Source of the DNA: Nitrospirota bacterium
GTDB lineage: Bacteria; Nitrospirota; Thermodesulfovibrionia; Thermodesulfovibrionales; Dissulfurispiraceae
Direction of reading: 5' to 3'
NCBI GenBank assembly: GCA_963710375.1
Contig: CAVPZX010000002.1
Coordinates: forward strand, 704,001-768,000
DNA length: 64,000 nucleotides
Position 1 is the stretch's first letter, and each line of letters opens with the position of its first letter. A program made the translations under genes and the position numbers. This document shows, one piece after another, positions 11,162 through 20,170 of the stretch. Under the pieces are notes generated by a model. That model saw nothing but the letters and a program-made list of their open reading frames with translations. It was not told the origin of the DNA and did no database searches.

Positions 11162-12484
11162 TTTCACGCCCAGCTCATCAGCGAGCACGCTGCACTTATC
11201 AATATCGACTCCTTCTGCGGTTACCACCGTTGCCTGGACTTCCGGTATACAGAGCTTTGCCTCTCTGATGAAATTAAGCATTTCCTGAAAAGCGTTATCA
11301 AAAACAGGCTTGCAAAGCTGCCGGTAGGTCTTTTCGTCCTGAGCATCAAGACTGACCGAGACTACATCCACTAGGCCCTGCAGTTCCGGAAGGATATTTC
11401 TTTTGTGAATGAGATTTCCGTGGCCGTTCGTATTGATCCGCACCTGTCCACCCTGCTGTTTCACCCATGCAGCAACAGATTTGACAGCATCGAGCCTGAG
11501 CAGCGGCTCCCCATACCCGCAAAAAACAACCTCCTTGTACCTCAAGGGATCACCAATAGCGTCTATCAATTCATCAACAGAAGGTTCATGAGCAAGCCGC
11601 AGATTGTGCCCTTTCACAAAGTCGGTCGTGAATCGGACGCAAAAGACGCATTTGCTCGTGCATCTGTTGGTAATATTCAAATACAGGCTGTCTCTGATCT
11701 TATAGGCAATTTGACCCGGGGGCAGTTCGCCGATATGAAAAAGCCTTTTTGCATTGATTGTCGTAATTCTGTCCAGGTCCTCCAGGGATACGCCCCTCCA
11801 TTCAGCAAGAAACCTCGCTGTATGCACTACAAAGGCAGGTTCATTCCGCTTACCCCTGAGCGGAACAGGCGCAAGATAGGGAGCATCTGTCTCAACCAGC
11901 AGAAATTCATCAGGAACTATTTTGGCTATCTCGCGGAGCTGTGATGCATTTTTGAATGTCACCGGCCCGGCAAATGAAATATGGAGGCCCATTGCAATAG
12001 CCCTTTCCGCCATATCCCGATCTCCGGAAAAGCAATGCATCACCCCCTGCTCAATTCCTGAATCTTTAAGCATTCCGAGTGTGTCTTCCTTTGCCTCCCT
12101 GCTGTGAATGACCACGGGAAGACCGGTATCCCTTGCAAAATAAAGCTGCTGCCTGAAAACATCGCGCTGGATTTCCCTCGGTGAATAGTCGTAATGATAG
12201 TCGAGCCCTATCTCTCCGATAGCCACAACTTTCCTGTGAGCAGACCATATCTTTATCTGATTAAAAACCGCCGGACTAAAATCTTTAGCATCGTGGGGAT
12301 GCATTCCCACGACAGCAAAGATGTCGTCATACCCTTCAGCAAGAGCCACAGCGCCCTTGTTCCCTTCAAAATCGGAGCCGACGGCAAGAATAGCTTCCAG
12401 CCCGGCTTCCCTGGCCCTCTTGATAACATCATCCCTGTCGCCATTAAATGCGTCCATTTCAAGATGGCAGTGTGTATCGATCAT
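11129..12484 (-). CDS. TatD family nuclease fused to a TatD-associated radical SAM domain
   Basis: IDTHCHL, GEIGLDY, ETDAPYL, then NRCTSKCVFC (CxxxCxxC) and FCGYGEPLL. Confidence 0.9.
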   Translation of the reverse strand: MIDTHCHLEMDAFNGDRDDVIKRAREAGLEAILAVGSDFEGNKGAVALAEGYDDIFAVVGMHPHDAKDFSPAVFNQIKIWSAHRKVVAIGEIGLDYHYDYSPREIQRDVFRQQLYFARDTGLPVVIHSREAKEDTLGMLKDSGIEQGVMHCFSGDRDMAERAIAMGLHISFAGPVTFKNASQLREIAKIVPDEFLLVETDAPYLAPVPLRGKRNEPAFVVHTARFLAEWRGVSLEDLDRITTINAKRLFHIGELPPGQIAYKIRDSLYLNITNRCTSKCVFCVRFTTDFVKGHNLRLAHEPSVDELIDAIGDPLRYKEVVFCGYGEPLLRLDAVKSVAAWVKQQGGQVRINTNGHGNLIHKRNILPELQGLVDVVSVSLDAQDEKTYRQLCKPVFDNAFQEMLNFIREAKLCIPEVQATVVTAEGVDIDKCSVLADELGVKLRVRELDSVG

Positions 12485-12672
12485 AGTTTTTTTCCGGCCT
12501 CTCATTTCAGCAGGCGTTCAGCCGCTTTTGTAGAAACAGCAATTTATTATGATAATTTAAGAGTGCATTTTTGAGCAACTGCCGGATCCGAGCGTGCGGA
12601 CAAGACCGGATAACTTGACGAGTGCATGAATCTTCCTGTATTTTAAATATTCATCTTATCTTCATTTATCGT

Positions 12673-12748
<76 letters not shown>

Positions 12749-12983
12749 TTAAATACCAATAAGATATACCTCATTCCTATTTTCCATCCTCTCTGAAGCG
12801 TATAGTTTTTGTATAGTTGAGTTCTCGTTGAGTTTACTATCGAGCAAATTTACTGCTTTTACCTTATTAGGATAGATAGCCTAAAATTCAAAGTAGCCCG
12901 CTACCGAAAATTGAGTGCCGATTATGGCAAAAAACGGGTCAGTTGACCATGCCGATCAACACAGAAGATTCCCTCTCAGAAGT

Positions 12984-14150
12984 CTACGTTTTAGTTTTAT
13001 TATTGGGCAAGATAATTTTAAGTAAATCTTCGGATACGTATAATTTGTTCCTTGGTTTTCCTGAAATTTCCTTCATTATACCAAGCATCTCTAAGCTCTT
13101 TACGCCATGCTTTACCGAAGTATAGGCAATATTCCATTTCTTACTTAGAGTTGAGATTGAAATCATAATTGACAAGAATAATTCATTCAATAACCTATGA
13201 GCAATTTCGGGAGCCTTTTTATCAGAATCAATACGATTTGAATATTGATCATATAGCGTAATAATTTTCTTAGAGTTGTCTAAAGCATTTTGAGACATGT
13301 TAATTACGCCCCGCAGAAAGAATTTAATCCATTCTGTCCAAGCTCCCCTTTGACTAACAGATAGTAACAGTCGATAGTATTCGGCACGATATTGTTCGAA
13401 AAATTCTGAAAGATAAAGAAGAGGTTGACAGAGAGCGCCGGAATTATGAAAGAATATGTTTAGAAGCACTCTTCCAATTCTCCCATTGCCATCAATGAAT
13501 GGGTGTATTGCTTCAAATTGGTAATGCATTAAAGCAGCTTGAATCAAAAGTGGCTCGCCGGGGTCGGAATTAATATATTTTTCCCAAGAACTGAGTGCCT
13601 CATTCATTTCATCGACAGGTGGGGGTACATAAGTTGCTTCATTAAGAGTACAGCCTGGCGGGCCTATCCAGTTTTGGCTCCGTCTAAGCTCTCCTGGTGT
13701 CCCATGTTCTCCGCGAACATCTTTCATTAATGTTTTATGCAATTCACAAATGAGTCTCGTAGAAATGGGGAGTTCTGCGATGAGACGAAGTCCTTGTTTC
13801 ATTGCTTGGACATAATTGTAGACTTCTTTAACATCGGGTGCCTGTGGTGTTATCTTATCGGTAGCCTCATAAAAGAATAAATCACTGAGTGAAGATTGAG
13901 TTCCTTCAATCTTAGAACTTGAAACTGCTTCACGACGTATGTATGGAGAAATTAATAGATATGGGTTTTTAAGAACTCGTCCTGTACCAGATAGCTCTCC
14001 TATTAGCCTATCAGCATCAGACAATAGTTTAATAAGTTCCGGGCTATATTCTATAGTGGGAGGTAGTGGATTGGGAACAAATGCACAATATTCTCTTAAT
14101 GTTCTTATACATTTACCAGATGGAGATTGTTCAAACTCGTCAGGTTTCAA
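12984..14150 (-). CDS. Fic family protein with N-terminal extension and C-terminal HTH-like region
   Basis: HPFIDGNGRIGR catalytic motif; EAVSSSKIEGT; TTG start after GGAAGG. Confidence 0.93.
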   Translation of the reverse strand: MKPDEFEQSPSGKCIRTLREYCAFVPNPLPPTIEYSPELIKLLSDADRLIGELSGTGRVLKNPYLLISPYIRREAVSSSKIEGTQSSLSDLFFYEATDKITPQAPDVKEVYNYVQAMKQGLRLIAELPISTRLICELHKTLMKDVRGEHGTPGELRRSQNWIGPPGCTLNEATYVPPPVDEMNEALSSWEKYINSDPGEPLLIQAALMHYQFEAIHPFIDGNGRIGRVLLNIFFHNSGALCQPLLYLSEFFEQYRAEYYRLLLSVSQRGAWTEWIKFFLRGVINMSQNALDNSKKIITLYDQYSNRIDSDKKAPEIAHRLLNELFLSIMISISTLSKKWNIAYTSVKHGVKSLEMLGIMKEISGKPRNKLYVSEDLLKIILPNNKTKT

Positions 14151-14224
14151 ATAATCCTTCCAGTTAGCTCATTTTCTTCCATAGCCTAGTTAGTATATTA
14201 GCAATTAGTTGGAAGAAAAATCAA

Positions 14225-14260
14225 TCTTATTACAAAAAAGTCCTATTTTTTGTAATAAGA
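14225..14260. promoter_or_regulatory. 15-bp perfect palindrome upstream of the Fic gene (possible operator)
   Basis: TCTTATTACAAAAAA-gtccta-TTTTTTGTAATAAGA. Confidence 0.5.
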
Positions 14261-14299
14261 CCTTACTCTATTACAAACTTGAACCAATGGGGGCAGGTC

Positions 14300-14722
14300 C
14301 TAACTTCCGATTCGGTACATGAGGCTTATAATTTCTTCGCCTCTGCCTGGAAGAGCTTTGTTAGCCGCGCATTCGATTAAATATTCGAGTTCATAGGCAA
14401 CTATTTGGTCATTTCTGTTTGTTGGAACAAAGGACATTGCTTCTCGTAGTAATCCGACTTGCGCTATGAGTACAGGCCATAGAATCTCAACCCCGTAAAT
14501 TTTATACTCGTCTTCAAAAAATGCTCTGGTCTTTTTTTCTCTTTGTCCTTCATAGGCCTTGCGGATGTCGTAAGCCAAGCCGAGGGAAAATCCTTCTTTA
14601 TCTTCTATAACTGGACTCTGCTCATTTATTTTATGCAGGACCTCGTGTATCCGTTGTAAAGTCCAGGGATCGCCCCAGAGTCGGATACCTGCATGGTTTG
14701 GAGTGAGTTCGAATTCAAGCAT
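14300..14722 (-). CDS. Hypothetical protein (DUF6904-like; possibly truncated)
   Basis: LTPNHAGIRLWGD..LAYDIRKAYEGQR..YGVEILWP; family recalled from motifs only. Confidence 0.6.
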   Translation of the reverse strand: MLEFELTPNHAGIRLWGDPWTLQRIHEVLHKINEQSPVIEDKEGFSLGLAYDIRKAYEGQREKKTRAFFEDEYKIYGVEILWPVLIAQVGLLREAMSFVPTNRNDQIVAYELEYLIECAANKALPGRGEEIISLMYRIGS

Positions 14723-14732
14723 AGTGTTTTCA

Positions 14733-15107
14733 TCACACCGGTATCTGCAGCAATATCCGGTCGTAGTTCACCGTAGGCGTCGTCTTTTCTCTGCCGTCCT
14801 TGGTCTTCTTAAGGTCAATGAGACCAGCCCCGGCAAGGAACTGAACGTCGTCAAACGTATTCTTAACGTCCCTGTGCAACATTTTTGCGAGTTCGTAGAT
14901 TGATTGAGGATGATCCTTTCTTATAGTCTTAAGTATTCTGAGACGTTCGTCGGAAAGAACCTTTCTCATTGTGTCCAAGTCCTCGAAAGATATTCCTTCA
15001 TGTTTTCTGACTTTCTCGCCGCGCTCGATTTTCTTGACCACGTCTTTAACTTCTCTATAAATGTCCTCGTCGGATTTAATAGATATTTTTATATCTCTGA
15101 CCCTCAT
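14733..15107 (-). CDS. Putative antitoxin / wHTH DNA-binding protein (HVO_A0114-like)
   Basis: ISFEDL..RLRILKTI..PQSIYELAKMLHRDVKNTFDDV; ATGA overlap with the upstream toxin ORF. Confidence 0.8.
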   Translation of the reverse strand: MRVRDIKISIKSDEDIYREVKDVVKKIERGEKVRKHEGISFEDLDTMRKVLSDERLRILKTIRKDHPQSIYELAKMLHRDVKNTFDDVQFLAGAGLIDLKKTKDGREKTTPTVNYDRILLQIPV

Positions 15108-15382
15108 AACTTGCCCTCCTTATATTTTCGAATGTCGCTTTCAAAATCTTTCTGGAGTTTTTCTATACCCTGAAATTTGTAAGGCCGTTCCTTATCTCCA
15201 TAATGCCTGTGATCTCCTTTGCCATGCGCATTGTCGTAACCGACTACCCGAGCGTTGCTCACAATGTAGACCAGCGAATATTTATACTTTGGCGGGTTAT
15301 CGGGAATTCGCTATATCTTTATTTCCTTAATGGCGCCATCCCTGAGATATTTCTTCTCGTGATAGACAAGCTCCGCCTTCAT
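15104..15382 (-). pseudogene. DUF6516/TumE-like toxin with an in-frame TAG at codon 24
   Basis: MKAELVYHEKKYLRDGAIKEIKI*RIPDNPPKYKYSLVYIVSNARVVGYDNAHGKGDHRHYG...; TAG at 15311-15313. Confidence 0.8.
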
Positions 15383-15606
15383 ATTGGTTATATTATACCA
15401 AATATTAAGAAAGCGTGCAAATTATCGGGCGAGTTAATTGATGCAGCGTCACAAAATCGTAACAAGTCTATCACAAAACATAGGGTTGCTAACAATATTA
15501 TGTCAAATCAGAACAGGCTGGAAATTAGGTTCAAATCCAGTAATGGTAAGGGTTTGCGTGGGATATTCAATTTCTTGCCCGTGACCGTAAAAACAGTATT
15601 GTAATA

Positions 15607-15650
15607 ACTCTTAATCAGCGGGTTGCACGTTCGAATCCTGCACGGCTCAC
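15607..15650 (+). repeat. att-like copy of the tRNA-Lys 3' half
   Basis: ACTCTTAATCAGCGGGTTGCACGTTCGAATCCTGCACGGCTCAC; 42/44 identical to 12703-12746. Confidence 0.9.
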
Positions 15651-15764
15651 TCTGCATTCAAAGAGTTATAGCAATTAGACCGGCTGATAACATTAGATAA
15701 TAGTTAGAACATTTTTTTCACTTGATTAGGGCAAATATCTATTAGTATGTCTGACTCCGAGGCT

Positions 15765-15954
15765 CTATCTCTTCTTTTCGTAATCCTTTCTCCTTACCGA
15801 TTTCACGGCATTCTCAATGTCCTTACATAGTCAGCTTAGACTTTTTGAATGCCTCCACTGCAACTTTGAAGGCAGCATCCAGCCTGTCCTCAGGAGACAG
15901 GACAGAAAGGATATAGTCATCGGGATTGATCTTCTTAGCCGCACTTACAGCCAT
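15765..15954 (-). CDS. Small antitoxin-like hypothetical protein, split by a +1 insertion at ~15825
   Basis: AAGGAGG RBS; MAVSAAKKINPDDYILSVLSPEDRLDAAFKVAVEAFKKSKLTM-KDIENAVKSVRRKDYEKKR after removing one base (190 nt = 63 codons + 1). Confidence 0.55.
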
Positions 15955-16095
15955 AACGAATACCTCCTTCCAACTAGCTACTCTATTTTATATCAAAGGT
16001 GTCTTAAAGTCAGCAAGAAGGTAAACAGCTTAATGGGTGTCTGCCGTAGCGACCGCCATGCTTAATTTGAGTTGAGACTGGAAACCGCTTAGGAA

Positions 16096-16290
16096 GTTGC
16101 ATTTTACAACGTTAGTGCTTTATTTGCATCACCGCCGCTTTCCCTTAATAAACAATTAGTAACATCGCTCGTGAAATCCACAGTTGCATAGTGCAACAAA
16201 CTCGAAATAATATGTTTTTGGTCGCTTGTTAAATAAGACCATAGAATCAAACAGATAGGTCAGAATATTTCACTGGCACGAAAAGTGATA
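16096..16290 (+). promoter_or_regulatory. Two palindromic enhancer-like sites plus a sigma-54-like promoter
   Basis: GTTGCATTTTACAAC (16096-16110), GTTGCATAGTGCAAC (16183-16197), TGGCACG-AAAA-GTGAT (from 16274; -12 imperfect). Confidence 0.55.
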
Positions 16291-16327
16291 TATGTAATAG
16301 TGAAGTTCAATAAAAAGGAGGACGACC

Positions 16328-16504
16328 ATGAGACGCTTTATCGAAAGATTTCAGACTTTGATGATGGCAGCAACCTTTGCTGAAGAGGGCGAGTTTGATT
16401 CGGCCCGTGAGATCATGAAGGAGAGCGAGCAGAGGAAAACAACGAGGCCTACTGTCGGCAAACGCCAGAGACCTGACAAGAGAAACGAATTAAGAGCCGA
16501 GTAA
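16328..16504 (+). CDS. 58-aa protein with AxxFAEEGE motif
   Basis: AGGAGG RBS; MRRFIERFQTLMMAATFAEEGEFDSAREIMKESEQRKTTRPTVGKRQRPDKRNELRAE. Confidence 0.8.
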   Translation: MRRFIERFQTLMMAATFAEEGEFDSAREIMKESEQRKTTRPTVGKRQRPDKRNELRAE

Positions 16505-16512
16505 GAGAGGGC

Positions 16513-16995
16513 ATGACAATGAGTGAGGACAATACCTGTATGGGAAAACTGAAACAAAGGATGATGAGTTTTGAGACGGCAATGACGGCAGCATCGTTTG
16601 CCGAAGAGGGTGAGGCTGGGATAGCGCGAAACATTATTAATGATGACCGGCGCATCCTGCTTGCCGTAACGAGAGAGCAGATGGACAAGAAGACATTCAG
16701 GTATGCAGTAAACACTTGCAAGAGGATTGGGGCGGATCTGGATATTCTGTATATTTCGGAGTCGGACGCCCCTGACGCACAGCTTGAAGAATGTCTTGCC
16801 GAACTAAAGGCCGAGAGGGTCAATTATAGTTTGATGTATAAGAAAGGCAGCCTGAAGCAGTCGATTATCGATTATACGAACAAAAAGAAAAAGATTCTGT
16901 TTGCGGTTATTGGCAACAATGGGACAAGCAAGGGGATATCGCAGGCTTGGAATAACCTAAAGTGTCCTCTGGTCGTGGTAGAGGACGCGGCATAA
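16513..16995 (+). CDS. AxxFAEEGE-motif protein with a universal-stress-protein-like C-terminal domain
   Basis: AASFAEEGE, then RILLAV..YAVNTCKRIGADLDILYI..LKCPLVVV. Confidence 0.75.
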   Translation: MTMSEDNTCMGKLKQRMMSFETAMTAASFAEEGEAGIARNIINDDRRILLAVTREQMDKKTFRYAVNTCKRIGADLDILYISESDAPDAQLEECLAELKAERVNYSLMYKKGSLKQSIIDYTNKKKKILFAVIGNNGTSKGISQAWNNLKCPLVVVEDAA

Positions 16996-17063
16996 CGAAT
17001 GAAAATAGGCATCATCTGGTGCTTATAAATAGATACAAAAAAACAAATCCGGAGGAGACTCAA

Positions 17064-17888
17064 ATGGAAAGCGTAAACAGCGAAAAAAGGGAAAGGCCTT
17101 ATAAGATGACGGAAAAGAAGATTAAGTTTATTTTGATGACAGTATGTGTCGCTCTTGTCTTTCTTATGAGCGGTATGGCCTCTGCGGCGCTGACGGTAAC
17201 TGCAAACCATGATCACATAAAAATTGATTTCTTCTATCATGGCAGCACTGTCAGCATCAGGGGCGTTTCAGACCCTGGCACCGACCTTATTATAAAGATA
17301 ACCGCTCCCAGCAGCCATCAGTTGTTCAGGCAGAAGGGAAAAGTGGCAGGATTGTTATGGATGAACGTAGGGGAGTTGAAATTCGACAATGTGCCGTTGC
17401 TGTATTCTCTCCACTCTACGAAGAAAATCAGTGATATCCTGAGCAACGAGGAAAGGGACAAATACCAGATCGGGTACGACTCGATGGGCAAGCAGGCTGA
17501 AATACAACCGGTTGCAAATGAGACTGACAAGAAGAAATGGTTTAATGAGTTTGTCAAGTATCAGAAAGATTCCAAACTTTATGCCGAGTCGGAAGGCGAT
17601 GTGTCGCTTACCAGAAACGCAGGCGAACAGTATTATTATGTTTTGAGTCCTTGGCCTTACCAAGCTACGCCGGGTGAGTATACAGTTACTGTATATGCTA
17701 TCAAGGATAAGAAAGTCGTTGAAACTTCGGCAACTAAAGTGTGGGTGGAGCAGGTTGGTCTGGTAAAATCGTTTGCAGAAATGGCAAAAAACAGTGCTGC
17801 TTTATACGGCGCGATTTCGATAATTGCCGCGCTTGCGGCTGGTTTTGGAGTCGGGATTATATTCCGGAAGGGCGGAGGCGCACACTGA
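17064..17888 (+). CDS. TIGR02186-like membrane-anchored protein
   Basis: GGAGGAG RBS; signal peptide; KGKVAGLLWMN; C-terminal TM ending FRKGGGAH. Confidence 0.75.
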   Translation: MESVNSEKRERPYKMTEKKIKFILMTVCVALVFLMSGMASAALTVTANHDHIKIDFFYHGSTVSIRGVSDPGTDLIIKITAPSSHQLFRQKGKVAGLLWMNVGELKFDNVPLLYSLHSTKKISDILSNEERDKYQIGYDSMGKQAEIQPVANETDKKKWFNEFVKYQKDSKLYAESEGDVSLTRNAGEQYYYVLSPWPYQATPGEYTVTVYAIKDKKVVETSATKVWVEQVGLVKSFAEMAKNSAALYGAISIIAALAAGFGVGIIFRKGGGAH

Positions 17889-17899
17889 GGATAATGAAT

Positions 17900-17934
17900 G
17901 GGCCAGGCGCCAGCGGGTACTGAGCGCCTGGCCC
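17900..17934. terminator. Hairpin between convergent genes
   Basis: GGGCCAGGCGC...GCGCCTGGCCC. Confidence 0.65.
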
Positions 17935-17960
17935 CATCTGCTTAAACTTATACTGCTTTA

Positions 17961-18572
17961 TTATCTTTCTTCGTGGCGATCCCGCTCCTCATGCCGCTTC
18001 TCGGTTTCGTGCTTTCCAGCTTCATGCTTGAGTTCTGGCTTGCCGGCGCGGGCCTTCGCCGCCCGATCACGTTCTATGCTGTTGATCCTCTCCTGCCGTG
18101 CGCTTGCCTCTCGCCTGTACCACTCCTGTCGGTCCCAGCTCCGCGTCCTCTCCCATTCCCGCCAATGAGCAAACACGTCGGCATAGTGTATCCTGAAGTA
18201 GCCGGCAGGAACAAAAAGCGGATAAGTTGGCGGCACGGCAATTATAGCCGGCGGCACGGCAGCAATCTGAAGGGGCCTCCATGTCCTGTGGTAGGACACA
18301 TACCAGTACCCTTGGTAGTAGCTATACCATAGGCCTTGGTAAAAATACATCCCAGCCACTCCCGGAACCATATATACATAGGCGGCGCCGGGTACAACTA
18401 TCAGGTCAGGCTGGGCCGGAACAGCAACAACCGGCGGCGCTGCCGGAGCCACTACCACTGCCGGGGGAGGCGGCACTGCGACTCCTATGTTTATGTCCAC
18501 CCTCTCTCCCGCCCATGCTGCGGGCACCAAACACACAAACAAAAACAAAACCATGCAAAGCATTCTTTTCAT
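17961..18572 (-). CDS. Exported Pro/Tyr/Trp-rich hypothetical protein with a charged tail
   Basis: Signal peptide, VPPPPAVVV, YQGLWY/YQGYWY; AGGAGG RBS. Confidence 0.75.
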   Translation of the reverse strand: MKRMLCMVLFLFVCLVPAAWAGERVDINIGVAVPPPPAVVVAPAAPPVVAVPAQPDLIVVPGAAYVYMVPGVAGMYFYQGLWYSYYQGYWYVSYHRTWRPLQIAAVPPAIIAVPPTYPLFVPAGYFRIHYADVFAHWREWERTRSWDRQEWYRREASARQERINSIERDRAAKARAGKPELKHEAGKHETEKRHEERDRHEER

Positions 18573-18655
18573 AATGCTCCTCCTTTTAGTGATTTTCCCT
18601 GCTCACTTATCGTCATACATATTAGGCGGTATCTTTAAGTCTTTATAAGGCAAAA

Positions 18656-18697
18656 AGCCCGTAATCGGACTCGAGCCAACGACCTGCCGATTATGAA
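18656..18697 (-). repeat. Degenerate tRNA 3'-half remnant (att-like)
   Basis: Minus strand TTCATAATCGGCAGGTCGTTGGCTCGAGTCCGATTACGGGCT resembles anticodon arm, T-arm and acceptor strand; no 5' half. Confidence 0.55.
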
Positions 18698-18922
18698 TTA
18701 ACCATAGTTGACGTTTATATCTTTTTGTTCTTACATTACTTTATTGCTAATAGCTACCGTTTTATTTTCCTATATTAACTATTTTTATCATTTAATTTCA
18801 AAACTGTCAGGAATAAAAACAGCGTGAAAACAAATTGACCAACTACCGGATTATTGCAATTCTATATAAATCTCTGTAACATTATGTATGATAACGGGAT
18901 ATTTAACTTTTAAGGCTCTTAC

Positions 18923-20155
18923 ATGAACGATATTAACGAAACAAAAAAGCAGCTTATAAATGAAGTGACGGAATCGCATAAACAAAATGCTGAACTGAGA
19001 AATGCTGTAGCATATCTGGGAATGGTTGGAAAAAAGATCACCGAACGCAACCATGCTGAGGACACGCTGAGAACGAGCGAGAGTCGCTACAAAACACTTG
19101 TTGATGCAGTAACCGATTGTATTTATACTGCTGAGATAGTGAATGGTCGTCCCGGAAGAATAACCGACATATCAAATTGCACTTCAGCCGCAGGATATAT
19201 GCGTGAAGAATATCTGGCCAATCCTGATCTCTTATATGAAATGGTATATGAAGAGGACAGATATGATGCAGACAAACAGGTTCAAACCCTGATCGCAAAA
19301 GGGTCATGCAACCCGATTGAACACAGGGTCATTCATAAGGACGGCTCTGTCAAGTGGGTAAAGAGGACACTTGTTCCCGAGTACAATGAAACCGGGGAGC
19401 TTGTGGCATATGATGGTCTTATAAGCGATATTACACGCCAAAAAGAGACAGAATCGAGACTCATCCAGTCTCAGACTATATCTTCTTTAGGCGTATTGTC
19501 AGCCGGAGTCGCTCATGAAATAAAGAATCCTCTCTCAATCATCCTTCAGGGGATAGAATTTTTGGAAATTTCATTATCAAAAGAAGGGGTTAATGATGTC
19601 TTGGCGATGATGAAAGATGCAGTTTTCAGGGCAAGCAGAATAACTAAAGACCTGTTGACTTTTTCAAGAGAGAACACGCCTGCACTGGAGGAAATTGATT
19701 TAGCGCAGGTTATAAATGAAACAATGTCATTGGTTGATCACATCTTCAGCCTTAAACAGATAAGAATTGTCAGAAACTTTTCACCTGATCTGCCCAAAGT
19801 CAAAGTAGACTCTAACCAGATGAAACAAGTCTTTATCAATCTGTTGACAAATGCTGCGGAGGCAATGCCTGAGGGTGGGACAATCACAATCGCCGCTGCC
19901 GGCTCCAAAAATTTTCATAACAAGAAAATTCTGCGAATTTCAATTATCGATACCGGCTGCGGCATTTCCAAAGATGACAAACAGAGGGCTTTTGATCCGT
20001 TTTATACTACCAAAAAAAAATCCGGCGGAACTGGATTAGGACTATCGGTTGTAAAAGGCATCATTGAAAAACATAAGGGTGACATAAGAATAGAAGGTGA
20101 ACCTGGCAAGGGCACAAGTGTAATTATTGAGCTTCCATATTGGGAAGCAAAATAA
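18923..20155 (+). CDS. PAS-domain cytoplasmic sensor histidine kinase
   Basis: PAS (HRVIHKDGSVKWV), AHEIKNPL, DTGCG, GTGLGL. Confidence 0.92.
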   Translation: MNDINETKKQLINEVTESHKQNAELRNAVAYLGMVGKKITERNHAEDTLRTSESRYKTLVDAVTDCIYTAEIVNGRPGRITDISNCTSAAGYMREEYLANPDLLYEMVYEEDRYDADKQVQTLIAKGSCNPIEHRVIHKDGSVKWVKRTLVPEYNETGELVAYDGLISDITRQKETESRLIQSQTISSLGVLSAGVAHEIKNPLSIILQGIEFLEISLSKEGVNDVLAMMKDAVFRASRITKDLLTFSRENTPALEEIDLAQVINETMSLVDHIFSLKQIRIVRNFSPDLPKVKVDSNQMKQVFINLLTNAAEAMPEGGTITIAAAGSKNFHNKKILRISIIDTGCGISKDDKQRAFDPFYTTKKKSGGTGLGLSVVKGIIEKHKGDIRIEGEPGKGTSVIIELPYWEAK

Positions 20156-20170
20156 AACAGGAGGTCACAG

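Larger units (their letters stand above)
12749..15650. mobile_element. Integrase-less genomic islet at tRNA-Lys
   Basis: Bounded by the tRNA 3' half (12703-12746) and its copy at 15607-15650; AT-richer; Fic and toxin-antitoxin cargo. Confidence 0.8.

Noticed and set aside
15311..15313. In-frame TAG as pyrrolysine or recoding
   Set aside because: It falls at a probable Trp (TGG>TAG), there are no pyl genes in the window, and TAG is used as an ordinary stop elsewhere (e.g. fur, ppx)
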